Assembly (NCBI GenBank): GCA_900088475.1
Contig: FLMG01002354.1
Location: 1-64,000 of the forward strand
Direction: 5' to 3'
Length of the DNA: 64,000 bases
DNA from: Hyphochytrium catenoides
Taxonomy: Eukaryota > Protista > Hyphochytriomycota
Of the stretch, positions 48,406-60,373 are shown piece by piece (the first letter of the stretch is position 1; the number at the start of each line of letters is the position of its first letter). The notes below the pieces were generated by a model, which saw only the letters and a program-made list of their open reading frames with translations, searched no databases and had not been told where the DNA came from. A program made the translations under genes and the position numbers.

Positions 48406-50270
48406 TTATACCTCAGGCCAAGCTGCCCGTTCTGCCTCAGGAAATGAGGCGATGTGCTTGAGCCATCGCGCAATGTTAGGGGTCTTCTTGGGGTCAACAC
48501 CACCCTGGGACACGTGCTTGAAGCGTGCATTGTCAGCAGCCGTGGGCGTGTACCCCCCAACGTAGCTCTGAGCTCCAAGAACTTTTTCAAGCTCCTTTAG
48601 TCCATCCTGACATACTGCAGGCATCTCAGCATTCTTAGCAGGAGAAGCCACAGACTTCTTAGCAGGTGACACAGGCGCGGGCTGAGCTCCTGGCGCCACC
48701 TTCTTCTTTGGAGATTGGGGAGTTACTTGCAGAGGAGCTGAGACCTGCTTTTTTGCCTCCGTTGCTGGCTTCTTTGCATCAATGGCCTTCTCTTTCTTAC
48801 CCCCAGAAGGTTTCCCTTTCTGCTCTCCACCCTTCTCACCTTGGGGTTTAGCGCCCTTCTTGACCTCAGCCTTTGCCATCTTCTTCGCTTGCACGTTCTC
48901 CTTTGCCTCCCGAACGAACGGGAAGAACGTGACCCCTCCACAAAACGGCACAAGTACCTCAGGGACTAGGACGCCATCCTTGGTCTGATAGTTCTCCAGA
49001 ATGCAACAGATCGTACGTGTCGTGGCACAGAGAGTGGCGTTCAGCATGTGAACGTACTTCTTCTCTGTTTGGCCCATCTTCTTCATTCCGCATCGAATTT
49101 CCATTGCGCGGGATTGGTAATCTGTGCAGTTGGAACAGGAGACAAGCTCGCGGTATTCCTGATATGCAGGAAACCAAGCCTCAAGATCAAGCTTCTTCGC
49201 TGCAGCGTTGTTGAGGTCTCCAGACACGATGTTCACTACGTGGTAAGGAAGGTTGAGGCTTTGATAGAACTCTTCTGCTGTTTCAAGAAGCTCCTTCTGA
49301 GATTCAACAGATTTCTCTGGTTCCGTGATCATGAATTGCTCGACCTTTTCAAACTGGTGGACGCGGAATATTCCCCAGGTATCCTTTCCATGCTTTCCTG
49401 CTTCTTTCCTGAAGCATGTAGAGTACCCAGCATAACGCTTGGGCAGTTCGCTTTCATTAAGCCACTCATTCTTATGGAACCCGCAGATGGGCTGCTCTGA
49501 GGTTGCGATGAGGTACTTCTCGTCTTCTCCGGTCACCTTGTACAGCGCTTCATCGAACTCCTCGAGCTGTGCCACTCCTGCCATGACATCCTTATTCATG
49601 AAGAAAGGAGGCTGCATTACCGTGTACTGCTTCTTTGTAAGAAAGGCGATGCCGTAGTTGATCAATGCCTGATTCAGTAGCACTCCTGGTCCCGTAAGAA
49701 AGTAGGCGCGATGGCCAGCAATCGCCGCTCCCTTATCAGGCTCGTAACCTCCAATTCGCCAAAGGATGTCGTGGTGGTGAAGCAGGTCGGCCTCTATTCT
49801 TCTCTCTCCCCATAGCTTCTCTACCCTGTTGTCCTTCTCATCTGTGGAGACAGGTACATCGTCATCCACAATATTTCCTATCTTGCTAAGCTCGACTTCA
49901 AGCATGGTCTTCTTTGCAGTCTCATCTACTTTCAGCTGCGGTTCTGACACAGCGAGGGCTTTCCGTTTTGTGATCAATTCTGAGGCGTCCTCTTTGGCCT
50001 TCATTTTGTCCTTGATCTGACTGTTGAGGGCATTCATCTCCTTCTGACATTTTTCCAGTGCCACAACTGCTGCGCGCCAATCCTACCAGTCAATAGCTGT
50101 TATGATTGAAGCCATTATCATCGTAATAACGAGGACACACGGGTTACCTGATCTAACTGGATGACCTTGTCGACAAGCTCTACAGATGCGTTTCTCTTCT
50201 TTTGTGACTCTCGTACCAGGTCGGGATTCCCTCCGCGTTCAGGCCGTAGGAGATTAATGTCGATAGGCAT
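48406..50270 (-). CDS. SARS1: Cytosolic seryl-tRNA synthetase with a C-terminal K/P-rich linker and eEF1B-type GST-like domain (2 exons)
   Basis: MPIDINLLR..GGNPDLVRESQKKR, intron 50147-50083, YLIATSEQPI, STCFRKEAGKHGKDTWGIFRVHQFEKVEQF, ELVSCSNCTDYQSR, HMLNATLCATTRTICCILENYQ. Confidence 0.97.
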
Positions 50271-51076
50271 CTTTCCTTTAGCCCTTTTCGCTCTCCGCAC
50301 TGCAGACGAGCTTCACTGAGACTCAGAAAATAGCTCTGTGAGCTTGTAGACTGGATAGCCGCCAAGGCTGGCACAGTTGACATGCGAGCACCTTACAACT
50401 ATAACGAAGGAAGGGATGTTGGAGGGGAGAGGGCACTCTCATCAACTCTGTGGTTCTGGATGACGAGAAGAATCTTATGGCTTTAATAGTCCTCTGTCTG
50501 CGTAGGCACAGGCCATGAATTCATAAAGCCCTCAAAGCTATAATGCTTATATATAACCTAGATGTGATTAGAGGTGTTCATTATATAGTTGGATTGTAAC
50601 TATTATAACCCAAATCTTTTTTATGCTTCTTTATTATCTGTCGGAAAGAAATATCACGTACATCAGAACAACGCGCCTTAATTCGACGCTATATTTATTT
50701 ACTGGTAGTATAGAAGGCTGTACGAAGCCTACCGCTTTAGTTGGGAGACTTATTACTAGCACAGTGACTGAGCTCTGCGCCAGCGATAACCTTGAATAGT
50801 CGTATACGCTATCAATGAAGGTACAAAGAACGAGACCGCTGCATGTAAGAAGTTTCTTCAGGTGGTCGCCTCATCAGATTCATCGGATTGCTCACTTGGT
50901 CTCCATCATCTTCGATGCCGCCCACATGCAGCTTCAGACTTCGTGCTCTACCGAGGAACTGAAGATCATCGCGGGTCAGAACCGCTTTTAAAGAGATGCT
51001 ATGATAAAGCTATAACAGTAGCTTGGCTGTACATTGCCTTTGGACGAAGACCACCATACTAGACTTTGTTGCCATC

Positions 51077-52271
51077 ATGGTCGAGGAGACTACGCAACCG
51101 AAGACTTCCGTGAAGGAAGAACGGGAGTACTTAACATGCAAGGGCTTCTTTCTCTTCTCTAATGCGCTCGGATATAAAGTTGGACCTACTTGCATAGGGT
51201 AAGCAAAGGTATCGCAATGGACGACATGGCAAGCTCTCACATCTGATCGCCCTCATCAGAATCAAGAAGAGGTTTGAAAAGGGGTCAGGAGACGCTCTGG
51301 CGGTCGATGATCTACTTGGCACAAAGAATGCCATAAACGACTTAGGTTAGTCAGCTTTTCTGTCTCCCATTGTGATCTCACTAAATGTCTGACCAGATAT
51401 CCACTCAGAGGACACGCAAAAGTTTAATCTCAGCTTTGGGTTTTCAATATACACGCCCAGAACGTACGTAACGCACCTGTATCATCACAGGCAACCTTCC
51501 TCCTTCTCCTCTAACCGTCGTGCACTTCACCTCTTCTGCCACTCTTCATGATTGCAGAAAGGATGGCAATTTCATCGTGCTACCATTACGGCAGATCTTG
51601 AGAGTTAGCGTTCATGCAAAGAAGAGTGACGAGATCCAAGGTCGCGAGATAGATAAAGGTAAGAGCTTCACAGGACTAACACAGCCATTCAAAGGTCAGA
51701 TTCCCACTCAGACGTGCAATCTTACTTTGCTCTTGTTCGTCACCGCTTCCTGGAAAGGACCTTCCAAAAAGGAACGGGTCCCGCTTAAGACTCCAGATAA
51801 AGATCTGCCACTTTCACGAGTGACCGAAGTTTGGCGTCGAACACTCCTCCGCGATAACCTGTTAGGGGATATACAGCGAATCTGGGGTTTTGACAAGCCC
51901 AACGGAATTAAAACGGTCAGTTCTTCACCATACATTATCACGCTATGCAATCTGTCTTTCTGTTGATGTGCGCCCTAGTACCTGAATCGTTGGGACCTCG
52001 GATTTCGGGTCCTCGTACGTAGCGTGGTTGTCGTTGACCTGACTTAGTGGCAGTAAGCGGTGCTCAAATGTTCTATTTGTGCCTTTTTGCCTGGCTAAGA
52101 CTTGCTGTATCTTGACTACGTGCATACACACTCTACGGCGTTGCTAACTGGTCCATCTAGTTCCCATCACGATTTGCCGAGCACTGGAAACACATTGGAA
52201 CCATGTGGGCGAGGATTGCACAGAGAAGATTAGAAGCGCTAAGTGAAAAGCTTCGGCGGCAGAAACCGTAA
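51077..52271 (+). CDS. Hypothetical protein (7 exons)
   Basis: Seven exons with GT-AG introns join in phase: MVEETTQP..LTCKGFFLFSNALGYKVGPTCIG|IKKRF..|..SFGFSIYTP|..|..|YLNRWDLGFRVL|FPSRFAEHW..QKP*. Confidence 0.65.
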
Positions 52272-52658
52272 AGCAAGAAGGGGGTCACCAACTCGTGCCA
52301 AACGCTGAGCGGAGACAGCAGGCGTAGCTATCGATGTACAAAGCCGTCAGAATTTATCGCCGTCAGCACTCTGTCCATCACGTACTCGTCTGACCCTATA
52401 AGATGTCAATAGTGTGGCCAACCCTATGTTAAGACTATCACAAGTCAGGAGCCAATTGATTGCAAAGCAGCAAGCAGTTGGCTCTGTCGGGGTTGCGCAA
52501 TGATGGGACATCCAGTGCGCTTGACAAAGTGCACTATGACGATTTGCTTCTTTTTTTTTGAGAAAGTGGGCCATGGAAGTAAAAAGAGGGAAGTGGCGGA
52601 GGTTGAAGATGAAAGAAAAGAGACAAGTTAACTTCTTCATAAAAGCGTAAGGTCCTGT

Positions 52659-55600
52659 TTACTCTTCCTCTTCGTCTGATAGAAAGTCATCCTGAAAGGT
52701 GCTAGTGCTACCATCATCCCTCACTCGTCTGCTATGCTCCTTCCCTTCTTGGCTTATTTCTCTCGTTTGGTCATCATGAGGCTCCTTCCCCTCCTCTCCT
52801 CCTCTATCCTTCAACGCTTCCTTCTCCACAACTACCATCTCTTTCTCTCTCGCGTTGTTATCAGAAACTGCCTGGGTCTTCTCTCCTTGCTTCACCTCTG
52901 TGTTTGCAGATGATTGGAGCGCCGCAATATCTTGGCTTCTTTGGACATCACCAGAGAAAGCTCCGTTGGTTCCGCCAATCTCCGAGTTTGCTATCTGTGG
53001 GGGTTCCATTGATGTCGGAGAATTACCATCTATCTTATGAACCTTGCTGTCACTCTTCCCTTCATTTTCAGGCCCATGGGGGCTTACGGTCGGCAGTACT
53101 TCAAGAGTGACATCTCCTGTCGCGGTCTTGTCCACTTTATCCAGCTTCTCTTTCTCAACTTTGCCTGCTTTCGCGGCAGTGGACTCGGACTCTGCTCGCC
53201 TTGTTGTCGTATGCTGTTCCACATTTCCCCTTCCCTCTTTCTCTATGTGGTCTGGTCCAAGTGTTTGCTTCTTATCAAGCTCTATCTTACTGTTGCTTTG
53301 CTCTCTGCCTTGAATATCAGCAGAGGGGCCCTCTGGTATGGTTCTTTCTTCTCTGACCATGGAACTCTCGCTTGAGGGTGCAGACGTTCTCGATTCCTGG
53401 ACACTTACCTTGATTACGTCCTTCTTTTCGGCCTCGTTATCTTTTTCTTTCGTCTGAATAACTTCGCGGGCACTTGTCCTTAGTATGATATCCGAGGTGG
53501 AGCCCTCAGCGGATGGAACTGTTGGGGTTGGCATGACTTTGCTCTGGAGAACTTGTGGCGGAGCAGACTCATCCCCTTCATTGGCCATGAGGGATAACCC
53601 ATCGCTCCCTTCCGCTCTGTCTTCTTCATCAACCTGTTCTTTTTCTGCTTTATTGAATCCTTCATGTTGGTCTTTCCCCCTTATCTTTTCCTCCTCTGCA
53701 CCTTCCTCCATTTCCTCCATATCTTCCTCCCCTTCCTCCGTATCTTCCTCCCCTTCCTCCGTATCTTCCTCCCCTTCCTCCTTATCATCCTCCTCTTCCT
53801 CGGTACTTTCCTCATCCTCCTCCTGACTGTCCTGGTTTCTACTCGTCTCTTCACCTTCCTCGCCTCTTCCTCTGCCGCTTTCATCCTCCTCGTCGTCTTT
53901 CTTTAATAATAGCGTCGTTGCTTTGCCTCTCGTATGGTCCTGCCTCTCATTCGTCTGGGGTACGCTAGGGGTCTGGCCGGGAGAAAGAGGAAGCTGTCCC
54001 TTCTGAGAAATGCTTAAATTCTGGTTCGGTTTCTTGCCATCAAACACTTCTCTCTTCTCTTGATCCGCAGCAGCTCTTTTGGACCCCTTGACTGGGCTAT
54101 CAACCTGGTCCCTCATCTCCCTTACTGTTCTTTTCGTGGGGTCTGGCTTTGTGCCCATGGTCTCTTTAAGAGAGACTAAATCTACATCTTCATCTCGCCC
54201 TGTCCCTCTCGTCTTTGCTTGAGCTTTGACAACCTTGACAGAAACTTCCTTTGTGTTTGAACTTGGGCCTAGCGCGGAGACGGCTTCCTTCATCTGGGTG
54301 CTTGGTACTTCTTTATTATCCTTGTGCTGGTCTTGCTCGTCGTCGTCGTCGTTCCCATCTTCCTGCTCTGCTTCCTCTTCTTCATCATCATCTTCTTCTT
54401 CGCTGTCCTCTTCCTCTTCGCCTTGCTCTTCCTCGTTGTCGTCACTATTTTGGCTGTCGACTCCATCCTCGTCCTCTCCGCTACCCTCATCTGGTTCATC
54501 ATCAGTTGCCTCCTTCCCGCCAAGAGACGCACCCTCCGCGTCATCATTTTCCTCTTCTTCTTCCTCATGCTTTGGCCGAGACGGCTTCTTATCGATACTC
54601 TTCTCCAGCCGCAGTCCCGCCTTATCTCCTGATGGTTTCTCGTTTTGCTGCGCTTTTGCCTTTGGCCCAGACATCTTTCCTCCAACTTCCTGCTGTTCAC
54701 CACGTTCCACTTTCCTGTCCACTATCTTCTGCGGTTCTTGGATAGTCTTTACACCTTCCTTCGCTTTTATCTTCTCGTCCATAGTCTTTCCTGTTTTCTC
54801 TTGGTCTCCTCTTAAGGCTTCAGCGTGATGAGCAGCCACATTTTTCTTTTTTGTCCTCTCTGAAAGGCTTTGACCAGAGGTTTTGGTGCCAGAAGAGCCT
54901 TGATTTCCAACAGCTACTTCTTCCAGCTCATCCGCTTCTTCGCTGACATCGACGTTGAGGTTCTCCTCCTGCTCCTCTTCTTCTCCATCTTCCTTCTCAG
55001 CTTCTCCTTCTTCTCCTTGTTCTTCTTCCTTTCTCCCATTTGTTCCTTCTTCTAAGTCTTCTCCCTCGCTTTCCTCTGCTGCTTCTGTATCACCTTCCTC
55101 TTCTCCATCTTCCGTCGATGTCTCCGATCCGGCGTGATCTCTTTGGTCTTCTTGGTAACCCATTGCGGGCTCCTCAGCATCGTTCTTCTTTATCAGCTTC
55201 TTGCCTCCTCCTTCAGACGCTTTAAGGCCAATTAACGGGTTGCCTTTCTCTTTGTCGCTGATACTGCTTCCAACCTTCGAGACTCTGTCGTTGAGACCGG
55301 AACTGCACTCCTGCTTAGATGCTGCTCGTTGGCTTTTGCTTCCATCTCCCGCTTGCCTTTGACTTAAATCTTTGTCCACTTGGTAGTCAGCTTCTTCTTC
55401 TCTTCCCGGTTCCCTTTTGGTGGGTAACGGTTGGCCAGACTTCGCTGGTGAACTTAGACGGACTGCAGAGGAGTTGGGAGGTGTTGACTTGCCATCTTTC
55501 TTGTTTAAGGGCCGTGGCGCCTGGGAGAGGACTCTAGGAGCCGAAGAGGCAGTCGTGTTCGGCTCACTATTGACCTCTTTCTCGTTAACAAGAGGGTTCT

Positions 55601-58600
55601 TAGAGATTGGAGGACCTTTTAGCTCCTTGGCTCCTGCCGAGGATGCCTCCACCGCGAGCTTCTGGGCAGCGGGGGCCGAGGGCTCTGACGTTGTTGCACC
55701 CAGTTCTCTGTCCTTCTTTCCTTTCCAGTGCTTCAACTCATCTTGGCCATCTGTCCTGCAAGAGGAAAGTATCGACTCTTCTTCGATATTCTTCTTCTTT
55801 CCGCCCTCGGAGGTCTGAGAAGAGGAGGAAGAAGGAGCAAGAGCTTTAGCTATCCCTTTATCAGGCGGGGTGCTACCCTTAGCAGTTACATCTGGCCCAG
55901 GATGTCGCTGTTTTGAGCCACTGCGAACAGGGAGAGAAGCCTTTTCGAACGAAGCTGTCGCGTTGCTTTGTCCTTGTGGATTAGTTCCTTCCACTACCTC
56001 TACGTCCTTCTTCTCTTCCTTTGCCATAGAAGGAGAGGCATTCTTTCCTTTTTTTGGAGAGAGAACTGAGGTGATTGCTTTCTTCGCAGAATCGAGAAAA
56101 GCGCTTATTCTAGAAGGGGAAGGTGGTCGTGTAGCAGAGACATTGGCAGCAGCGGAGGCGGACGAGGAGACAGGGGAAGCTCCCGTGTCCAAGTGGAGCT
56201 CTTTCTTCCTGGGGGCCTTGCCATCTCTGCCTCCTTCCTTCTCTCTACCTGTACCCTGTACTGGTCTTGTGTCATTTCTGCCCCTTCTTTCTGCCTCTTT
56301 CACAGGTGTGCTCTTTCTCTCCGTGTTCTTCTGCTTTGTTACCTTCAGTTTGTCCTCCTGGACTCGCCGCTTACCCTCTTCTTTCTTGTTTATAGCCTTC
56401 CCAGGTGACCTTCTTAAGCTGTCAGACTTAACCTCCCTAGCAGATGAAGAGGAGCGATCACAAGGAACAGACCCTTCATCACCTTTTTGCTGAAGCATAA
56501 GGACTCGCTCTTCTCTGGTATCCTGTGGCCTCTCTTTTACTTTCTTTCCTGTTTTCGTCTGACTGTCTGTTTCTTCCCTCTCTGGAAATCCTGTCTTTCT
56601 CCCTGCAGCTTCTATCTTCTTCTCCCCATTTTGGAAGCAACCAAGAAGATGCCCGAACGAGATAAGGATCCGGGTGATCTCTCCGTGTCTTTTATGGACT
56701 TCATCCTGCAGAAGTTGTAGCTGCTTCTCTTGGCCTAGAAGAAAGACCCAGATAGCGTTAAGTAAGACCTTTTTGGTCCCCCTGTTTCATCTCTCCATGG
56801 GCTGACCCTCTATCCCTTGACCTCACATCTTTCCTCGCCGTACTCGTTCTTTCTTCGCATTGCCAAGAAAGCCACGGCTTTCCCTATATGCGTCTCGCCT
56901 TCCCCCTGAATTGTTTTTGCGCCCTCTTCTCTCTGTCTTCGCTCGCTTAGCGCTCTTTTGGTCATGGCCCTCGACTTGTTCCCGACCTGTCGGCACCGTC
57001 CTTCTCTCATTCCCACCATACTCCGTTTCATTTGTTACTTACTGAAGGAGAGAACAGAAGACAGGACGCTGGAGCTCAGCAACGGATCTCTAAGGAGCTC
57101 TGCCAGAAGAGAGAAATGACCTTCTTTCTCGGGACTTCCTCTTTCTTCCACTATTTTCTGACCCTTCACAGTGACAAGCACTCTTTCATGGATTTGATCC
57201 AAGTCCACAGCCTTGAGGAGCACTAGAGAGTGCAGTATCACCCTTTCTCTCACTTTGGAAGCGTCAGGTGATGAGCCAGAAGAGCCCAGAGCGAGCGCAC
57301 AGAGAAGTTGAGGAAGACTGAGCGATGAGAATGAAAGCCTAAAATTGAGGGAGAGTTAGTGATATGAAAACCCAGAGCGATGGAAAAGTCGGCGCCAAAA
57401 GGACATAGATATAACCAGAAGAATAAGTCACTGAGGGAGCAAACAAGAAGACCAAAGTAGAAAGAGAGCCAGAGCTGGAGACATGGAGAGAAACACAGTG
57501 AGAGAAAGAGAAAGAGAGGGAACCGGAGAGTTAACATACGAGCCATGCTGCCGGAATAGAATGGATCATATACTGGTCCAAAGGAGAGGAGAAAGACGCG
57601 AAAGAGAGACAATTGCACTCAGAGGTTCCCTTACCGCACGTTCAAGTTCCAGTTTAGCACAGAACTCATGATCTGCAGCCCTAAAACAAGCTTCTGCGTT
57701 GTCAGGACATCAGTGGAAGAGAAGGTGGGGCTTGATAGGACGTGTTTCTGAAATAGAGAGGAGAGAAAAGAGACTATATCGTTCTGCTCTCTCTGGCACT
57801 CCTCAGGCTGCTTAAATGAAGGGGCGGAACGGACCACTCTGACCAACGGCAGAGGATCAAAGTCATGCCCTTCACAGAGAAGGTTCCAGAGGAAGTAGAC
57901 CTGTGCCCTCTTTGACACCTGCCGTAGGACCTTAACAAAAGAAAGGGCGGAAGATGTAAGGCGACACGATATGGAAGAGAGGGCGCGAAGAGGAAGAGGT
58001 TCACTAAAGAGTGAAGCATCCTAGTCCTGCCGTCAACGTTGTCAAGGTTAGAACAAATAGTCCAGACATATACGTTGTGCTCTACTAACTCCTCCACACA
58101 CTCTGCGACGCGATTCCTCCGTCCTTCTCTCCCCCACTTCTCTATCTTTTTACCTTGCATATCCTCTCTCCGATATTAAGAATGGTTTGCGTTGCCCTAG
58201 TATTGTGCTGGACATCGGTGACGGAGAGCTGAAGAGCGTCCTGTCCGAGAAGGTCAGCCAAGGGCTGACGCTCCAGAGCGACCCAAAGGGTAAGTGAGGA
58301 ACAAAGGTGCGAGAGCCAGCTGAACTGCCTGTTAAGTAACAATAAACGAGGGAAGAATTTATGTCAGTGGGAGAAGCGATAAGAAGTGTAAAGACAGAGA
58401 CTAACATCTGTTTTTAGAAGAAGGAGGGCATAGGGAGATCTTAAAGAGATATATGGTGAGCACATGGGCGAAAGTAAGAGATACCGGGAGTCTAGGGCTT
58501 GCTCTGCCTCTTCTTTCTCCGGTCCTGAGAACTGATCAAGTTCTGGGTGGGCCTGACGAATTAGCTCTCGGATGTCCGCTGCCAGCACATTGAGTGCCTG

Positions 58601-59158
58601 GTAGAAAAGGAACACATCAGGAGCTGTAACTCATCAAAGGGACTAAGGACTCGAGAGGATCAAGGACATAAAGGCGAAGGCGGAGAACCTAGGAAGAGAG
58701 AAAGTAAGAGAGACATCAGGGAAGACAGAGTGATGCAGTCATGACGAGGGGGCTCTTAAGCGCTACTTCGTCAGTCGATACCAGAGCTTATCTCTCTCTC
58801 TCTCTGTTTGCTACCATCTCGCTCCCACCTCGTCCTTCAGACTTTCAATGATAGCCGGCTCCTCATTTTCAGGAGATGTTTTGCTCTCCAGAGAAGTCCT
58901 AGGGATAAATTTTTCTAGCCAGGAGATAGAGGAGGTATTTGCTGTCTTCAGTACAAGGTTCTCTCGGACAAGTGAGCCGAGAGTACTGCTGATGGCGCCC
59001 TAACAAATGACAGAGTAGAGTAGTGTTAGATGTGCACCTTTGAGCTCAATTAGTGGGAGGTGGAAAGGAACACTGAAGATAAACCATAGGGCTTGGCACT
59101 TAGAGACATTGCGTGCTACCTCAGCGATGCCGTATACGCTTCGACTCTCAGCTCTCAT
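52659..59158 (-). CDS. Very large hypothetical protein: Leu-rich helical N-terminus from several short exons plus a ~1350-aa acidic/basic disordered terminal exon
   Basis: Terminal exon 56734-52659 is one open frame that extends the 1279-aa ORF upstream to an acceptor at 56735. Upstream exons are bounded by GT/AG. Putative ATG at 59158. Confidence 0.72.
53720..53781 (-). repeat. 21-nt coding tandem repeat x3 (EEGEEDT)
   Basis: tatcttcctccccttcctccg repeated three times on the + strand. Confidence 0.9.
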
Positions 59159-59685
59159 GGCGCCGCTCGATCGCTTGAGGTCTGTGAGGTCAATAATGGA
59201 CTGAATCCATAGGAGAGACTGGTAGCACTTTTAAAGGACGAAGACTTGACGTCGTACTATTTCTCTTCTGATGGCAACTTAGCATGCCCCATCTTCCGTT
59301 GGCTCGCTCCGTTCCTCCCTACCTGTACGAATCGCAGCCATCCTCGGGTTGGCGCCATTGCCCCTCTCTTGTTAGGTAGTTTCCTCATTCCTCTCGCTCT
59401 TTATCTTCATTCTTCCTCTTTCCCCCCTGTCTCTCTCTTTTTTCTCTCCCTCTCTTGCTCTCTTACTCTCTCTTTGTTTGTCCGTCTGTCTGTCTGTCTC
59501 TTCTGTCTTCTCTATATCTCCCGCGCCATCATCAGAACCGAGTAAGGGAGGGAGTAGGGTGAGTTTTTTTTTTTTAGTAACCCTTCGTCATCCGTCCTCT
59601 ATTGTGAGGGTCCGGAATCCAGCGCATGGTATAATGAATCAAGTGTGTTCGTACTTCGTACTTACAAGTACAGTACGTTGTTGCT

Positions 59686-59880
59686 CCCCTCTCTCTCCCT
59701 CTCTCTCTCTCTCTCGCTCTCGCTCGCTCTCTTTCTTTTTCTCGTTCTCTTTCTCTTGGTCTCTGTCTCTCTCTTTCTTTCCTTCTCTCTTACTCCCTCT
59801 TTCTTTCTTTCTTTCTCTCTCCCCCCCCTCTCTCTCTGTCTCTCTCTCTATCAATCTGTCTCTCCCTCTCTCTTTCCTAC
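59686..59880. repeat. CT-rich polypyrimidine microsatellite-like tract
   Basis: Imperfect (CT)n runs over about 200 nt between two divergent genes. Confidence 0.85.
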
Positions 59881-59995
59881 TCGTCTCTCCCAAAGTTTTG
59901 ATTGTATCTCTCGGGAGGTATCTCTCCTCTTCACGGCAGTAGTGAAAGCAGAGGCAAGAAGTCAGGCGAGGACATCAAAGAGAGAGAGGATCTTT

Positions 59996-60038
59996 CAGAG
60001 CATCCAGCCTCTTCCAGAGCATCCAGCCTCTTCCAGAG
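59996..60038 (+). repeat. 19-nt perfect tandem duplication
   Basis: cagagcatccagcctcttc x2 followed by cagag. Confidence 0.85.
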
Positions 60039-60373
60039 TTGCATCTGATCGAAGTCCCGAGGGAACTTGTTTGCAAAGAACTGGCTCACTTTGAGCTCCT
60101 CCGTTTCACTGGCGGGAACGAAGAGATAGAGAGAAGGAGAGAGGGAGAGAAGGAGAGAAAGGAAGACTGCGCTGATGAGAGCAGCCTTCAACTGGCGTGG
60201 CTCCGTGGCTTCCCAAGGGGATGATTCAGGAAGGAGGCGAACACGGAACTAAGGAGCCAGAGGAAAGGTCACAAGGGCTAACCGCTGGGGTGCAAACGTC
60301 CAGTGCTCTTTCGTCGCACCATACTCACTATGCCGAGAGCAAGACAGAGCTTCTAAAGGAGCAACGCACAGCA

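Noticed and set aside
53485-56493. Many Ser/Phe-rich + strand ORFs
   Set aside because: They are antisense shadows of the E/K-rich minus-strand exon.
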